Assembly (NCBI RefSeq): GCF_009914755.1 | Contig: NC_060925.1 | DNA from: the human T2T-CHM13v2.0 reference genome, Homo sapiens | Direction: 5' to 3' (one strand) | Length of the DNA stretch: 64,000 nucleotides | Shown here: in pieces, positions 14,701-31,024 of the stretch | How positions within the stretch are numbered: the stretch's first letter is position 1 | How the letters are laid out: every line of letters starts with the position of its first letter | Notes under the pieces: generated by a model | The model's database searches: none | What the model was told of the DNA's origin: nothing | Seen by the model: only the letters and a program-made list of their open reading frames with translations | Position numbers and translations under genes: made by a program

Positions 14701-15701
14701 TTAATATATCAAAAATTTCAAAGGGCCCTTAGACTGAATGCCACAATAACTTAATAACAAATACAAAACAGTTAAAGCTCTGCAGTGCTACCTCTGATGC
14801 AGACTGCATGACATCTTTTTAAAAACATAGCAAGCCCACAAAACATAGCTATAAACAATAAATAGAAAATTATTTTAAATGCATCTCTCAGCTAAGGTCT
14901 TCCAGTAATACATACAGATTAATGACATGACACTAATGTAAAATATTTTTTAAATATGCTTTTTAAACATATGCAGATTGCTATCAAGACTTAAACACAA
15001 CCCTTAAATTACTTTAGCCACAGAATGTTTCTGACAGTAGCTTATCAAGATACATCCAATGCTGTAAAACCGGATGCCTCTCCTAAGCCGACTCTAGTGG
15101 AACAGCAACTACAGATGCCACGTAATCATAGAGTAACAAGGCTAGAAGTTACCACCTCAAGGATAAACACAACCTCTTCATCTCACAATTGAAAAAATGA
15201 AGTTCAAAGAGATTGACTCCTTCATGATTACCCAGCTAAGGGCTAAGACCCCCATTAACGTCTCTTGATTCTGTAGCTTAGTTCTGTTTCCTCATCAGCA
15301 CAAGAAAACTAAAGTTGGTTTCTTTTTAAATCCCCTATAATATCTTTATGAGACTAAATTTTGTTTTTCATTATTTAAATATTTTCTAATTATATTACAA
15401 GACAAACTCAGTGCAAAAATGTAAAACATGAAAAGAAATAAAGTTCCAATAATCCTAACACTATATATCACTTTTTTAAGCTTTGAGAAAAAATAAATTT
15501 TAATAAGTTTAATATACTGTAAATCAATATACAGGGGAATATGTTACTAGATAAATTTCTTGTTCTAAAGGTTCCAAATCCCACACAGTATTTATCTACT
15601 TTCAAATCAAAACAGGACTTCAGGTTCTAACCATGGTCATGAAACCAGATGTTAAAATCTATTTCTAATATTAATGAAGAAAATATAAATAGAACATTCA
15701 T

Positions 15702-15780
15702 GTTTATGGCCATACCAGCCCGAATGTGCCCAATCTCATCTGATCTCAGAAGCAAAGCAGGGTCAGGAGTGGTAGGCTTT
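15702..15780 (+). pseudogene. RNA5SP20: 5S rRNA retropseudogene with internal 42-nt deletion, followed by an A tail
   Basis: gtttatggccataccagcccgaatgtgcccaatctcatctgatctcagaagcaaagcagggtc aligns to 5S nt 1-72, then AGGCTTT plus polyA; symbol recalled from locus memory, less certain than the 5S call. Confidence 0.9.
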
Positions 15781-17415
15781 AAAAAAAAATAAAAATTCAT
15801 TCTTCAGAGAAGCATTAACTGAATGGGGTAGCAGTAGTGCAGATGACACAGTGGTGGCAGCAAGAGTGGAGGAATCCAGAGCAATCACTGCCTCCACACT
15901 GGTACAACTGCTCACTCTTTTCTCTATGCTTTTACAATTGATGATCAATAGACCAAACAATTCAAGGAAGCTTTCTTCCTACCTAACAACAAAAATGGTG
16001 ACATCACAGTAAATGAATTTTGGATAGCCAAGGGTCATTCGAATTTCAACAGATGCAGAATTACAAAATATAATCAAAGAAGGTTATCAATAACAGTATG
16101 AATTCCCAGAATGCTTTTTACCAATATGTTTAGAAAAAGACACACAGAGGGGAAAAAATATCCACACAATATTCTGAATCTTTAAACAAGTATGACAACG
16201 GTTAAAATCAACATGGAGAAAGTACATCATAGAAACAAACTTGGCATCTAGCTTCAACAATCTCACAATCTAGGAAAAAAGATGGTTAAATTAACAGTCC
16301 ACTAAGTGTTACATGCTATATGGTGCGTATGCAAAATGCCTATGGAGTTGTTCTGCTAGAATTCTTTAGAGCCAAATTTATGAGTCACATTTAGTTCAGG
16401 TTAGTGAGACATGAAAGGACATAAGTTTCACTACTTATAATTTTATTTTTGACAAAAAATATATTTCTCCATGTTACATATTTCTGCATAATTAAAAATT
16501 CTAGTAAAAATTAAATATCCTTTAAAAGGAACTGCCACCACTGAGGATATTCTGCAAACTGTTCCAAAAGTTGAGTTCCAAATATATTTTGAACAACAAG
16601 GATTGAGTCCAGTAAAGTGAGGTACTGATTCTTATAAAGAGGAAAACATTCTATTTGGTTTTATTTTTTAGATAAAACTTGGTAATTCAGTAGTGCTACC
16701 TTACAGGCATATGCTACCTAATGTAACCACTACATAATTCCTGTGTGTCAAAGGGCCCCCCCACCACACACACACACACAAAATTAACTAGTTTTTCTTT
16801 TTAATCACAATTTTAAAAGGAAATAACCACAATGACATGGAACACACTGTGTATAATGTTTATACACATTATACACTGAGTTATTTTTATCTAATAATTT
16901 GTCTCTTAAAGAATTCTCATTAATTAGTCAGACACGCTTCTTACCCCTGCTCTTGAGGAAATCATGACTCTTTCCCCCCTCAATCGTTGATTTTTCTTTA
17001 AACGCCAAATGTTCATACTTATTATCATTAGTGTTATTGGCTTCATAGTTTCTGAGTATAAAGAACATTAACAAGTTTCTAATGCCCAAGAACACTCTGG
17101 TGCTCTTCTTAGGAACACCTGCCACATTTAAAATGTCAGTGCAGTTTTAAAAGATGACACCATTTGCTTAAAAGCAACCCAAGTTATTTTCAAGACTGTT
17201 AAGTAAATGTCCATTGAACCCTGTAGTTTCTCTAAATGTGTTACTAGGATTCTGTAACCTATATACTTCAAGAGAATCTGGCACTGTGTTTAAAAACTTC
17301 CCCTAAATGCTGAAGTAAAAAATTATTGAGCAATAGGTGGCTTTTCCTTATTAAAAACAACAATTTTCACACTTTTTGCTCTATGCATCTCTACTGGTAA
17401 AAAATTAAAATTGTC

Positions 17416-17735
<320 letters not shown>

Positions 17736-17959
17736 AAAATTGTCAGGCATGTTCCCAATATATGTACACTTACTTATAAACTATATGTTCTACTATACTT
17801 AAATGCATTACAAATATATGTTATAATGTATTTCAAAAAACCCAGACATTCTTAAAATGAGCAAAAAACCTCTAAGTAGTATTTTCTTCTATCTCCCAGT
17901 GGATGATCTTGTGCATACCCTGGTATGCACTAATCCCCCCACGCTTTAGTTTCATCTGT

Positions 17960-18920
<961 letters not shown>

Positions 18921-18959
18921 TTTTATAAACAATTGACCAAGAGTACAATTTTACCCAAA

Positions 18960-19555
18960 AAGCTAAATGGTCTATAATGGGCATGTTTTGGCAGCCTACC
19001 AACCTGCCCACATACCTTTTTGCTGGAAGATATACCCTTGCTCTAGAAGAGTAGACCAATGCAGCCTTTTTTTTTTTTTTTTTTTTTTTTTTGTCCAATA
19101 ATCCCACCCCTGACAATTGATAATTCGGCCAGGGATGGACTGACCAAGGAAGCCAATCTATTGGATAGTCAAGAACCAGGTTCTCTTTAGAGACTGTGAC
19201 GAGGCTCTGGGAATAAAATGTCATATAAAGTTGGGATCATGACAAGCACAGTAGGAAGCCAATGCCATCTGCAAAATGAAATTTCAGGGGAAAGGAAGAA
19301 AGTGTGCAAAAAACATTAATAAAATAAGAAAAACTAGCTTGTACTGTACAAAGACAAGCAGTGGTGAGAGAGTATATATAATCTTGAATACTGACAGGTT
19401 ATAATTTCATGAGGTCTGCCTCGAATTTGTTTTCTGATCATGAGTATTCGCAAGATTGTTTGCTATCATTTATTTAAAATAAACCCCTTTGTTGTTTGAG
19501 ATACTCTGAGTGAATTTCTGATTCCTGCAACAAGCTGCAAACAAGTTCTGATTAC
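18960..19555 (+). mobile_element. Possible ancient ERVL/MaLR LTR remnant
   Basis: 'aataaaccccttt...gagtgaatttctgattcctgcaac' LTR-like 3' end; highly diverged. Confidence 0.4.
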
Positions 19556-20819
19556 CTTAACTTTATTGTCCTTGTTAGTTTTAAATAGCTTAAAGAAGTT
19601 ATTTACTAGTCACTGAATTTAAGTAACTTGTATAGGAAATTTTAAAACAATCTGTCAGTGTTTTTTAATCACATTATTATAACCTTCAAAAAATGGTCTT
19701 TTTCCCCTGAAGACTCAAAGATTCTTATGGGAACAGACCTTAAAAGATGACCTTTTCAATTTATCCCTAGGTTCTGCTTTTCTAAATATATGCCACAGAA
19801 TTCTTGAGTTTTCTCTCTTAAAATAGAAAGCTAAATGCAACTATATTATAGCTAACAGAATAAAAATTTCACAATCATCTAGAAAAAAACCCCTGACAAC
19901 CAGTCAGATCAAGATTCCCTTGATATTTCCCTACTCCAGAATTTTAGATTACCTATTCTATGAAACAATCCACTGTAAAATCTAAAATGTTTACCTCTTA
20001 TTCTAGTATTACAAATACATAAAAGTTTCATATAACAGAGGCAAGTTAGTAACTTCTAGTTAAAAACTAATACTGTAACAAACAACATACCTCAAATATA
20101 GCCCAAACTACATGTATGTTAAACTATATGTAGGCTATCATTTCATAGTAACTGCAAAGACACAGCACATGTCATTTTAAATTAATTGTAGCATCTACTC
20201 AAAATTATGAGTTTTTAACCAAGAAAGTTGAGTACTATCCTCTACTGAAAATCTTTAATAGAACAGACACACATAAAAAGGCAAGGACACACATTTTCTT
20301 TCAAGTCCTTCAATTCAGTAAAGACAACCACAATCAAATTCTTAACCACTCTGTAGGCTTCTAATGCCTACTGGCAAAACTCTAGATTGTAAAATTGTAT
20401 TTACAATCATATAAAACATTCTGATAATACCAAACCTAAATTTATTTTATAACACAATGACTTCTCTTTGGGAGTCTGGTATTATTAAAAACTGAACTTA
20501 CATTTCTTATATGACCATGTAAAAACATGATTTTACCACTAGGTAACAAACTCGGACAACTCATCTGTAAACATGAGACTCCTCTTATATGTCTCCACAT
20601 AGCTGAGTTAAATTAACCATATGAATGATGATATCGCATATTTTTCTTTCGAAAATTTAAATGTTAAAAAATCACTAACACTATATAAAATTCAGAATCT
20701 TGAAAGTCAAATAATGGTATTTAAATTTTTCTACTATGAAAAGCATGCTAAATTTTTCTCTGACATTTTCAAAGCAGTATAATGCTTGAAATTTCACCAC
20801 CGATACATCAACCAACCAG

Positions 20820-21790
20820 ACAGACATGATTCTCTCAAAGAGCTTATGGTCTCTTGTACACATTTACAGGCAATTATAACTACAACACAGCACACAAGGA
20901 GCAACTAATAATCAGGCCTAAAGATAAGATTTCTCAGAGAATATGATGTCTAAATTCAGAAAGGCTTTGTAGAAGTAGCACAATAATCAAGAAAACAGGG
21001 AAAAGGTAGAGCAGGCAGTTAGGCATATGAGGAGGGCCTAGAATGAGAGAACATAATTAAGGAACTAAGGAAATCAAGATTCAATTGGAATAGAATGTAG
21101 AGTGAGAGGCAGACAGTAAAAGACATGTTTAAAAATCATGCAATGATTCATTTTAAAGAGTCGATTTTATTCTAAGACATTTACTCCAGCTACAGTATAA
21201 GAATTCATTGGCAAAGTAAACTAGCACCACAGAAAGCAAATAAGGAAGTATGTTAAGTAATCCAGAAAAGAGATGACAGTGGCCTACATTAGAAAGAAAG
21301 AAAGAACGAAAGAATGGAAGGAAGGAAGGAAGGAAGGAAGGAAGGAAGGAAGGAAGGAAGGAAGGAAACTGAGCTGAATCAGTAAGAACAGTAGGAGAGG
21401 AAGGTGTAGTAAACAAGTAGTTGAAGAATACTTTGCTTTTTCTGGATTGGGCAAGTAAAAGACTCCACCAAATCAAGGAAAAAACGTGAATATTCAATGT
21501 GAGTATGAAAGAAGCAGTAAGTTCAGTTTCAGACATGTTCCACTGGGTATACTATGGGACATGGAAATGCAGCTATCCACTAAATGGTCTGATACTCAAG
21601 AATAATCTAAGCTGGTGATAGGCATTTCAAAATTCATCAGTATATAGATAGTAATTTAAGCCACAGCAGTGAGTGGGAACACCCAGAGAGAGGATGCAAA
21701 GGAAGAACAAAGCCAGTAACTGAAGCCTAAGCAGTGCCAAAAATAAGGGCAAGAACACAGAAAGAAGTGAGTCCAAAACCATGTATATAA
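20820..21790 (-). mobile_element. LINE-2 fragment
   Basis: Purine-rich L2-like motifs ('agttcagtttcagacatgtt', 'catcagtatatagatagtaatttaagcc'). Confidence 0.55.
21316..21367 (+). repeat. (GGAA)13 microsatellite
   Basis: Perfect run counted directly. Confidence 0.97.
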
Positions 21791-22041
21791 TACACTAATT
21801 ATAACTACAGAAATCAAAATAAAGTTTTTTTGTAGAAACAAAAGCTTAGCATCATACTGCCAGCGAAAAATAATTGGAAGGCAGTTGTAGAGTTCCTCAA
21901 ATCTAGCCCAATCACCTTGATTTGGTAAATAATTTAAAGATAAAGTTTAACAATATAGTGAGATTCTAGATCTAAATAATATAAGCATCTTGAAAATAAA
22001 AACATTATCTAGTTATAATTAGTGTCTCAAAAAACACTACT

Positions 22042-22284
22042 GGCCAGGCACAGTGGCTCGTAACTGTAATCCCAAGACTTTGGGAGGATCACTTGACACC
22101 CAAAGTTCGTGACCAGCCTGGGCAACACAGAAGGAGCCTGTCTCTACAAAAAAATTAAATAAAATTAGAAGGCTGAGGCGGGAGGATCACTTGAGCCCAG
22201 GAGTTCAAGGCTGCAGTGAGCCATGATTGTGTCACTGCACTTGAGCCTGGGTGACAGAGTGAGACCCTCCCTTTAAAAAAAAAA
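22042..22284 (+). mobile_element. Alu (J-type, internally deleted)
   Basis: Dimer missing segments in both arms. Confidence 0.9.
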
Positions 22285-22348
22285 TCCAGTGAAGAAAGAG
22301 TTTGGGAAAAAATTTAAGAAATAAAAATTTAAATTTAAATTTAAGTTA

Positions 22349-22660
<312 letters not shown>

Positions 22661-22858
22661 TATAATAACGATAAAAGAAAAAAGAATATACTTCCAGTTT
22701 TTATTGTAATCTTAACTGACATCTTACACTTTTTCAATCTCACATCTCACATGTTAAGACGGTAACATGATCCTTCCCTCCAACTAAAAGTTTAAGCATA
22801 ATCTTAATTATGTTTTGAGAACCTTTAGTTAAAATATATGAATGCGTTAATAACTGAA

Positions 22859-23253
<395 letters not shown>

Positions 23254-23819
23254 TTAAAGTACAAGGAAAAATAGATTTCTCCAAAATACTTTACATTTAA
23301 ATTTATTTAAAAAGAAAACCATCTACTAGAAACTGGATTGAAAAAGAACATATTCACCATGGCTTTATTAAAATATTATACAGCAAATCTGGTACAACAA
23401 AAATCCTTGAAATATCTGTGAAAAATAGCTAACAAATACGTAATTTCTTAGACTCTTAGAATTACCATTTGAAACCTAGTAAAAAAGTTTCATATCTTTT
23501 TGTATGTCACCTTCTCTCTTTTACCCATCCTCAAGAACTTTATCTCACCAGTAACCTAATTTTTATTTCTGTTCCAACCTCAGCAATACCTAATCATAAC
23601 TAAAACAAGTAGGTAGAAGTTACCATCATTCTTCAATTAAAATTCTTACTGTTACAATTTCTGACTTCAACTTCTTTAAAAAAAAGAAGTTGCTGAAACT
23701 ATTTTTTAAGGTATAAGTAAAAGCTCGCCCACAGTAATCCCCAGATAATCAAACTGCAGGCTTGGGTTTGAGTATTATAGGAAGAAAACATACCCAGTGC
23801 ATACTAAAATTACATCAGA

Positions 23820-24570
23820 GACATCCACTTACAGTCATAACAGAGTAACTGACACAGAATGGCCATCCTGCCATCCACAACTACAAAACTGGAGAAAATA
23901 TACAAATAATAACTATTTCCAAACATTAGACAACAGACAGCATGTAACTGTGATCTGTGAGAGAAGGCAAACAGATGAAATAAGCCCTATTATCACCCTC
24001 TCTTTCTACTTGGAAGTACTGTCAGTACTATAGAACAGGGAGGTGTGTTGCTCAGCAGAGAGACAGAAAACAGTTTGGGGAAGCTGAAGCGGCTAGAATT
24101 TGTGGGACGGAGTATCAAAAAGGAAGAAGCAACACAGAAAGACAAACAATGCTATCTGCATAGAGGTCCTCTTGAGTCTGGCTGAATATAATGCTGCACA
24201 CACATAAGATGAGACTCCACAAACCAAGCAAAGAACAACTACCAAGGAGCTATATAAAGAACAACTAACAGTGTCCTCATAAGGCTAGAAACATTCATGA
24301 TTCTATCAACCATAGTAAATTACCTCTTTAAACAAGATATCACTAAGACCATACTATAGAAGGCTAACCGAGATCTAGAGAACAGGCTACTCTGTACTTC
24401 CCCTAACAAAGGTAAGCATAAGCCTTAACAGGACCAAGTTTATCCCCAAATTAACTGCCTGTCAGAACAAATGTCAACATTTTTTAAGGAAAGAAAACAA
24501 AATCCTGACCCTCAGCAACATATGTACAATGTCTATAATCCAACTCCCAAGATTAGTAGACATGTGAAAA
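23820..24570 (+). mobile_element. Ancient L1M 5'-region fragment
   Basis: Resembles the old L1 5' region that also starts at ~47435. Confidence 0.5.
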
Positions 24571-24907
24571 TTCAATCACAGCACACCACAGAAAATCTTG
24601 CCTGAGAGGGTCCTGCACAAATTATTAGTCTCCTCTGGCCACATTCAGATTTTCCCTATGTTAAAATCAGAGAATAAAGAGACAAACAAAAGCAGCTTTC
24701 CACAGTAAAAGAAATAAAAGTTAAACAAACAAAAAGATTCCACTGAAAAGTAAGACCAAAAAAAAAGAGAGAAGTAGATCACAACACAGATCTTCCCATT
24801 TATTACTATACATTACAATATCTGATAACATGAAACAACACAAAAAATAGCATATATGGTATACTCTTCTTACTAATATGTAAAAATACAACATTCCTAA
24901 GCCTACT

Positions 24908-25923
24908 TGTGAAATAATAAAAAGTAAATATATTGGTCTCTACTCCCAGTTCTGGGCATAGAGCTCCTAAAACTCTTGTAAATAGGGATGCTAGAAAAAT
25001 CTTTGTTCCTAATAGTTGGTCTTTGATCCCAGTTCCTGACACAGAGCTCCTAAGACCTCTACAATTTCCTGAGTGACAGGAGTGCCTGACACAGAGTTCC
25101 TGAATCCCTTAGAATTTCCTGGATGATAGGAGACCCTTTTGTTCTAATAAAGTCACTCTGGGTGGAGTCCTGGGTGGAGGATGGTCATTACAAAGAGCAA
25201 GCCATCATTACAACTTACAAGCCCCAACCCTTGTGTGCTCTGGGGAGGTTAGAAGAGCTGGAGATTGAGTTAATAATCATGCATGCCTGAGAAATGAAGC
25301 TCCATTTTGAAAAACCCCTAAAAAGACAAAGTTTAGAGAGCTACTAGATTGGTGAACACATCTACGAGCTATGAGGGTTGCTGACCCAAACTCCACAGGA
25401 AAAAAAGCTTCTGTGCCTGGGACCCTTCCAGACCTTGCCGTACATACATATCTCTTCATCTGACTCTTCATTTGGATCCTTCGAAATATCCTTTGTAATT
25501 AATCAGCCGTAATAAGTAAATTGTTTTCCTGAGGTCTGTGAGCCACTCTAGCAAATTATCAAATCTGAGGAGGGGGTGGTGGGACCCTCCAATTTGTAGC
25601 CAAGTCAGACCGAAACTGTGGGTAACCTGAGGACCTACCATTTGTGATTGGCTTCTGAAGTGGGAGGCAGTCTTGTAGGATGGAGACCTTAACCTGTGGG
25701 GTCTGCACTAACTCCAGTTAGTGTCAGAATATTGAATGGAATCATAGGACATTCAACTGAGTCAGAGAATTGGTCAGTGGGAAAAACCACCACAAATCTG
25801 GTCACAGAAGTGTTGAGTGTGAGTAGAGAGAAAAACAGTTGAGGTTTCCTATAGATCTGGTGTCAGAAGTGAAGTACTGAGACAGAGTGAGTATAGAAGG
25901 AAAAAAGTTGGGTTTTCTGTACA
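24908..25923 (+). mobile_element. MER21-family LTR
   Basis: tg...ca ends; repeated cctgacacagagctcct motif; 'ctgtgagccactctagcaaatta'. Confidence 0.8.
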
Positions 25924-26519
25924 CTTCTATAAAAAATTACCAAAATTAAGTTTCTGCAACTAAAAGCTAAGCTTCAATTAGTGTCAAAATTGTAGATAAA
26001 TAATTGTTTTAGATGGGGTTTATTGCTAAGTGAGTCTTTCTTACCATATATATAAGGAAATAATTATTGTTTCTCTGTTCAGAATTTAGATCTGGTAACT
26101 TACATGAAACACAGCCCCTAAACCGGAAAGCATACAAACAAGAAAACACAATCAAACATCCCACACACTAACACATATTCATTCAAAGATAAACTCCTCA
26201 ATGTATCAATCACTAAAGAATCATGAGACATAATTCTGACAAGTGTTATTCTGATATCCAATTTCAGAGAAAACTAAAAGCAGTCAATTAGAAGGAAAGT
26301 CTTAGTTACTAAAGGAAGGTGACTCATGAAAGCCAACAAAAATGAAGAAAACAATAAAAAGTCACAGAACTTAGAAAAGAACATAGAAAAGAAACAGATT
26401 ATAAGAACATAAAAAACCAAGTAGCCCAAAATAATTTACCACAGGAAAAAAACAGACCTATTCTGGCAATGATGCCAGAAAAGTATTACTTCATAACCTC
26501 TGTCAAAAAGATGAACCTA

Positions 26520-26853
<334 letters not shown>

Positions 26854-27032
26854 TTAAATTATACTTGGGTACAAATATACTTGGATTACAGCAGAGAATC
26901 ACTTTTAGATACCATCTACAGTAGTTGAAACAAAACAAGTTGGTATTCAAAGGAAAAAGCAAAAAATTCACTTAATGTTTTGGTTAGTCAATGGCTTACT
27001 CTACTTACAAGCAAAAATTACATATTTTAGAG

Positions 27033-27475
27033 CAGCAGTCCCCAACCTTTTTGGCACTGGGAACTGGTTTCATGAAGGACAATTTTTTCCACAGACTGGG
27101 TGATGGGGTTGTTTCAGGATGATTCAAGCACATTACATTTACTGTGTACTTTATTTCTATTATCCTTATTATTCCATTGTAATATCTAATGAAATAATTA
27201 TACAACTCACCATAATGTAGAATCAGTGGGAGCCCTAAGCTTGTTTTCCTGCAACTAGACGATCTCATCTGGGGGTGATAAGAGACAGTGACAGATCATC
27301 AGGCATTAGATTCTCATAAGGAGCGTGCAACCTAGATCCCTCACATGCATGGTTCACAATAGAGTTCGTGCTCCTATGAGAATCTAATTTCACTGTTGAT
27401 CTGACAGGAGGTGCTGTTCACCTCCTGGTGTGCAGCCCAGTTCCTAACAGGCCATGGACTGGTTGGGGACCCCTG
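27033..27475 (+). mobile_element. MER1A (hAT-Charlie) DNA transposon
   Basis: TIRs cagcagtccccaacc / ggttggggacccctg; 8-bp TSD ttttaga(g/a). Confidence 0.9.
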
Positions 27476-30166
27476 TTTTAGAAAGCTACCTCTCTCTTCC
27501 CATTAATCTTTGTGCCAGACCAGAGGGGTAAATCCGGCTATTATTCTACAGCCTTTTCTGGTGAGTTGAGAAGGTACACCAAGCATGAGTTTTCCTTAGT
27601 AATCTTTGACTTTAATATACCTACCGCATTCTAAAATACCCCAGAGTATTCTTTTCATATTATTCAAATCCTCTATTTGAAATCAAGCTACAGCCATAGT
27701 TTTATTTCACCAGTTTATTCTTCACAAATAAGATGTTCTTTAAAATAATGAACATGAAAGTATTTCATTCAATAAATAAAGCAAAGTACTTACCTATAAT
27801 GCTGATTCTGTAACAAATAAAAATCAGATAATCATGACTACAATTACAGAACCTAACCTCAGGGTAAAGAATTCCTGACAACTGAGTCCCCAAGATCTGC
27901 TCCATGAGGGTTCTCAACATAGAAACCCAAAAGCCCATGAAGTAAGTCCTCACTGGATGAGGTAACCAAGTATAGTTCAAACTAGTAATTAAAAGATAGA
28001 AGTTTGATCCTATTTAGTAATTCATTATATTACTTAAAATTAATAATCTAAAATTCTTAATTACGAGTTAGGAAATGGGGACTGTATAACGGTGCCTATC
28101 CTGTCTACTTTCAAACTGTCATGATAGTCAAATGAGAAACTAATGAAATTGCTTTGTAAATTATGAAGCACAATACAGATGTAAAATTATCTTATTCAGG
28201 GTAGGATGACTCCTCTAGTGATTTTTAAGCAAGATCCTGGAGTTTTTCTGGCCCCTTGAAAGAAATTACTTTGACCAACAGTAAAAGTAGACTCTCAATA
28301 AGTAAATCTCCAAGAACTGATTAAGATTTTCTCTATGCAGCTTCCAAAATTGATGAAAATATCAAATGTTTGTTTAATCAACTATGAAATAAGCATGGTG
28401 CAATAAGAAGGACATATTATAATTATTTACTATCATTAACGTTTTCCAAAATCCAAGTTTAACACAATTCTTAGAAACTCTTAAACGTGACTTGAAAATA
28501 ATATTCTCACCTGCAGAGTACCTGAGCAACACTCTTAGATGAGCAATAACTATCTTACAGGTTCATTATCTAGAAACTTAAGAACTGGTATAAATGTTAG
28601 CAATCTGTTATCAATGAGTTAATCTTTGTAAGAGCTCAAGAATCTAGAATCCCTAAATTTGACTTTTCACCCCCTTATCTGTTCATGAAATGTTATAATA
28701 CCAAAGATCCTTAAATGAAGATACCCAAGGTCTTTCAAACACAAATTTATTTAAGTAATGTTGCACAATGATAATTCAGAGGCAGCTGACCAAAGCACAT
28801 TTTCATTTAGAAGTTTATTTTCCAGTGATTACGTTTTGAATTGGAAGAAACGCTCTGAACATTAAAACCTAAGACCTAAAATCTTCCACACTTGTGCTTC
28901 CTAGAGCCAGACCTTCAAAATTTAGAGATCTGTTTCAGTGCTCCTGATTCAAAAATTAGCAAGGTCAATTCCGAAACAGAAAGGGCAATCACAGTTAAGT
29001 AAATAATCTCATTCAGTGAGGCTATTTAAGCCTAAAAAGAAATCATTAGGTACTGTATTATCTAACACTTTAACAGATTCTATCAACCCTGAAGATCAAA
29101 GAGCCTTCAGATAAAGAATATTTCTTTTGATCCTCCACCCCTAATCTTTCAGAAGGCATGTCTAATAAAATAATCCACAGATGGAATCTTGCCAGAGAAA
29201 AAGATATTCTCTGGTCCCTTTCTCACAGTGGGGTTCTCCATTTGGAAAAATAAATATATAAAAGCACACTGTGGATTTATGCGCTAGAGAAGAGGGATGG
29301 CATCTAGAGAGGCATCAAGCTAGTACCCAGAACATCCACAGATTTGTTTCCCTGGTCTAATGCCTAATTTACTATAAATCACATCTAAGACTAGGATTCT
29401 ACACAATACTTTCGCAAACATTTACAAGTGATCGGATGACCTTATATGGGATATCTTTGCACACAAGACAGATAAACTGTAAGCTGAACACTAGGATAGA
29501 AGGCTGTTGATCACTGTTAGGTTAGAGGAAAAGTTTCAACTAGAATAACACAGAGTTATGTCCTCCTGGCTCTAGACAAAGAATTATGCCATGCTCAGTA
29601 TTTTCTATTAACAACTTACTTTTAAAACTGGCTATCAAGAAGTATTCATTCCCTACTGGTAGAGATATTCATATTTAGGCTGGGCAATGCTCAACCTCGG
29701 TTTCAAAAAGCAATTACCTGGAGAACGTTTCTAGCACAGGGAGAATAAGGAAGAGAAGTAACATTTGACAAGGTATGTACATATGTGTGTACAGGAGGAG
29801 AATAAACCATCTCCTTCAAGTGCCTTTTTTTAAAACCCAAGTGCTTTTTAACATCATTTTCAAACTGCCAGAAATTTACTTGAGACTTGAAAGCACCAGA
29901 CAGGTGTCATGATGCTACTTTTAGTGATGGCAACTTGGATTAAAAAGAGCCAACATTATATCCAACCATCTCTTGGCTCTAGACAATGAAGGTATGGGGG
30001 AGGAAAGAGACTTTACTGAAAGAGATTAGATCTGACATGATCAAACACCCTCTCCCAATTTTCCTTAAATTAGCTCTGAGATGCTAATCATGATACTCCA
30101 TCTCATTTCTGATTTGCTTCCTTTGAAAAAAAAGAAAAAAGAGAAAAGTCTCAAAAGTGCGATCCT

Positions 30167-30480
30167 AGCCAGGTTAGGTGGTTCATGCCTGTAATCCCAG
30201 CACTTTGGGAGGCCAAGGCGGGCAGATCGCTCGAACCCAGGAGTTCAAGATCAGCCTGGACAACATGGCGAACCCCTGTCTCAATTAAAATTACAAAAAA
30301 TTAGACAGGTGTGATGGCGTACACCTGTAGTCCCAGCAGCAACTTGGGAGGCTGAGGTGGGAGGATAACCTAAGCCTGGGAGGTAGGTCAAAGCTGCAGT
30401 GAGCCACGACTGTGCCACTGCACTCCAGCCCGGGTGGCAGAGTGAGACTCTGTCTCCAAAACAAAAAACAAACAAACAAA
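30167..30480 (+). mobile_element. Alu (J-type)
   Basis: TSD aaaagtgc(g/t)atcct. Confidence 0.94.
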
Positions 30481-31024
30481 AAAAGTGCTATCCTTCAAAA
30501 GATCTGGAGCAAGGCAAAAAGGCAAGAATCAGTAATTTTTTCCCCAATGTCACCCAATGAGGCATTAATTTGAAAACACTGTTCTAACAAAGCAACTAGC
30601 ATCCAAATTCCAAAGGAGTCTCTATATCTTAAGGAACACATGAAAAATAAACATATAAAAGCACACTATATAAAATGTATAAAAGCACCAATTAAGCTGT
30701 ATTGTTCTCATCCTCAAAGGGTTATGAATGTGGAATATCAATGTTATGACTGTATCTTTAGGTAACTGTTTTATGTGAACATCATCCTTCAGAATTATTA
30801 TCGGGCAATCTCTTACAAAAAGTAATACTGTAGTGAATTACTAGAAAAAAAATTTCCACAATCAATAACGAGTCAAGACTAAAACAATAAAAAGCAAAGA
30901 ACAGAACTAACATATATCATTTTATAAAAATTCACATTTCTTTAGTTTTTGGTATTTTCCTAAGACATACGCTCTCCTTCCCTGCACTGCAGATAAACAG
31001 GTCTACTTTTAAAAACTGATACTA

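Noticed and set aside
17911-17930. Palindrome gtgcatacc-ct-ggtatgcac (similar 9-bp stem at ~41628-41649)
   Set aside because: Short stems expected by chance or from old DNA-transposon ends
24935-25135. Repeated cctgacacagagctcct motif with spacers (CRISPR-like look)
   Set aside because: Internal repeats of the MER21 LTR; degenerate, with no cas genes, in a eukaryotic intron
27500-30100. Repeat-poor stretch as a possible enhancer or ncRNA
   Set aside because: No ORF, structure or motif cluster that can be supported without conservation or chromatin data
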